A stretch of 64,000 nucleotides of DNA from Leucoraja ocellata (taxonomy: Eukaryota). Both the position numbers and the translations under genes were made by a program. Of this stretch, positions 63,276-64,000 are shown piece after piece (position 1 is the first letter of the stretch; every line of letters starts with the position of its first letter). The DNA lies in contig JAWMAR010000103.1 in assembly GCA_036785375.1 (NCBI GenBank), forward strand, positions 434,001 through 498,000, in the 5' to 3' direction. The notes beneath the pieces are model-generated. The model did not search any database. It worked only from the letters and a program-made list of their open reading frames with translations, and was not told the DNA's origin.

Positions 63276-63749
63276 CTATCAATACATGTCTGCTTTTGTT
63301 ATACATGAACATTCCTTTTCTTCTGATGGGTAACATAGATGTTTATGCTCAAAAGATAATTTTTCTTCTTTCATTGATTTTTGAGCCTCACTCTTTAATC
63401 TCGATTCCCTCCCTTTCATCCAAATATTTCTCCTCGAACCACAACTCGGTGAATTGTCTTCATCGTGGCTATTGACGAAAGACCCATCCTGGAGATTTTC
63501 ACAAATGATTGGGCTGGAGTCCTACAAGCACCTGGATATGAGATGAAGAGATAGTGCAAAAAGTCTGACCTCGAAGGGAAGGTTGGCAACATAGACAGCA
63601 ACATTTTAATTAGCTGCCGCAAATTCTCAGTCTGCTGATATAGAAGAGATAGTAGTCAAAGACAAAACAAGCAAGAAATGTTTTGTTTTTACTTTGTCCT
63701 TCACACTCTCAGATCTTCCAAAACACTCTACAGCTAGTTAAGTACTTCG

Positions 63750-63932
63750 TCAAGTCAAGAGTTTATTGTCATGTGTCCCAGATAGGACAATGAAATTCTT
63801 GCTTGCTGCAGCACAACAGAGCATTGTAAGCATAAATACAGAACAGTTCAGTGTGTCTATATAGCATAGATCATATATATACAGAGTATATATACACATA
63901 TACAGTATATACAGTATATATACACATATACA

Positions 63933-63977
<45 letters not shown>

Positions 63978-64000
63978 TAAATAAACAGATAAAGTGCAAT
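63750..64000 (-). mobile_element. Rex1-type 3' tail with internal (TA)/(CA) microsatellite
   Basis: Nearly the same as 18960-19190 ('gtttattgtcatgtgtcccagataggacaatgaaattctt'). Confidence 0.8.

Overview
This is repeat-dense vertebrate genomic DNA, not prokaryotic. The repeat families (tRNA-headed V-SINE/HE1-type SINEs, CR1/HER1-type LINE ends, Rex1/Babar-type LINE pieces, Penelope-like remnants, DeuSINE-like fragments) point to a cartilaginous fish, probably a skate or ray; that assignment is inference. The window looks intronic or intergenic. I recognise no host protein-coding gene, only unassigned exon candidates. Best-supported elements: (1) a young, internally deleted Gypsy (Mag-like) LTR element at 28284-29989, with 236-bp LTRs differing at 2 sites, a tRNA-Leu PBS, a PPT and a 5-bp TSD; (2) a 2.8-kb CR1 LINE with ORF1 esterase, APE and RT remnants at 42569-45352; (3) two hAT MITEs with 8-bp TSDs; (4) two assembly gaps. 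Most interesting signals: (a) dozens of Penelope-derived ends whose consensus rebuilds a minimal hammerhead ribozyme core, often arranged as head-to-head fold-backs; (b) a ~470-bp orphan insertion at 58191-58660 that folds into a long bulged rod; (c) a 35-bp near-perfect hairpin at 26123-26196, probably from template switching; (d) a hAT MITE carrying duplicated RFX and YY1 motifs. Coordinates of decayed repeats are approximate (read by eye), and family names come from recognition, not database searches.
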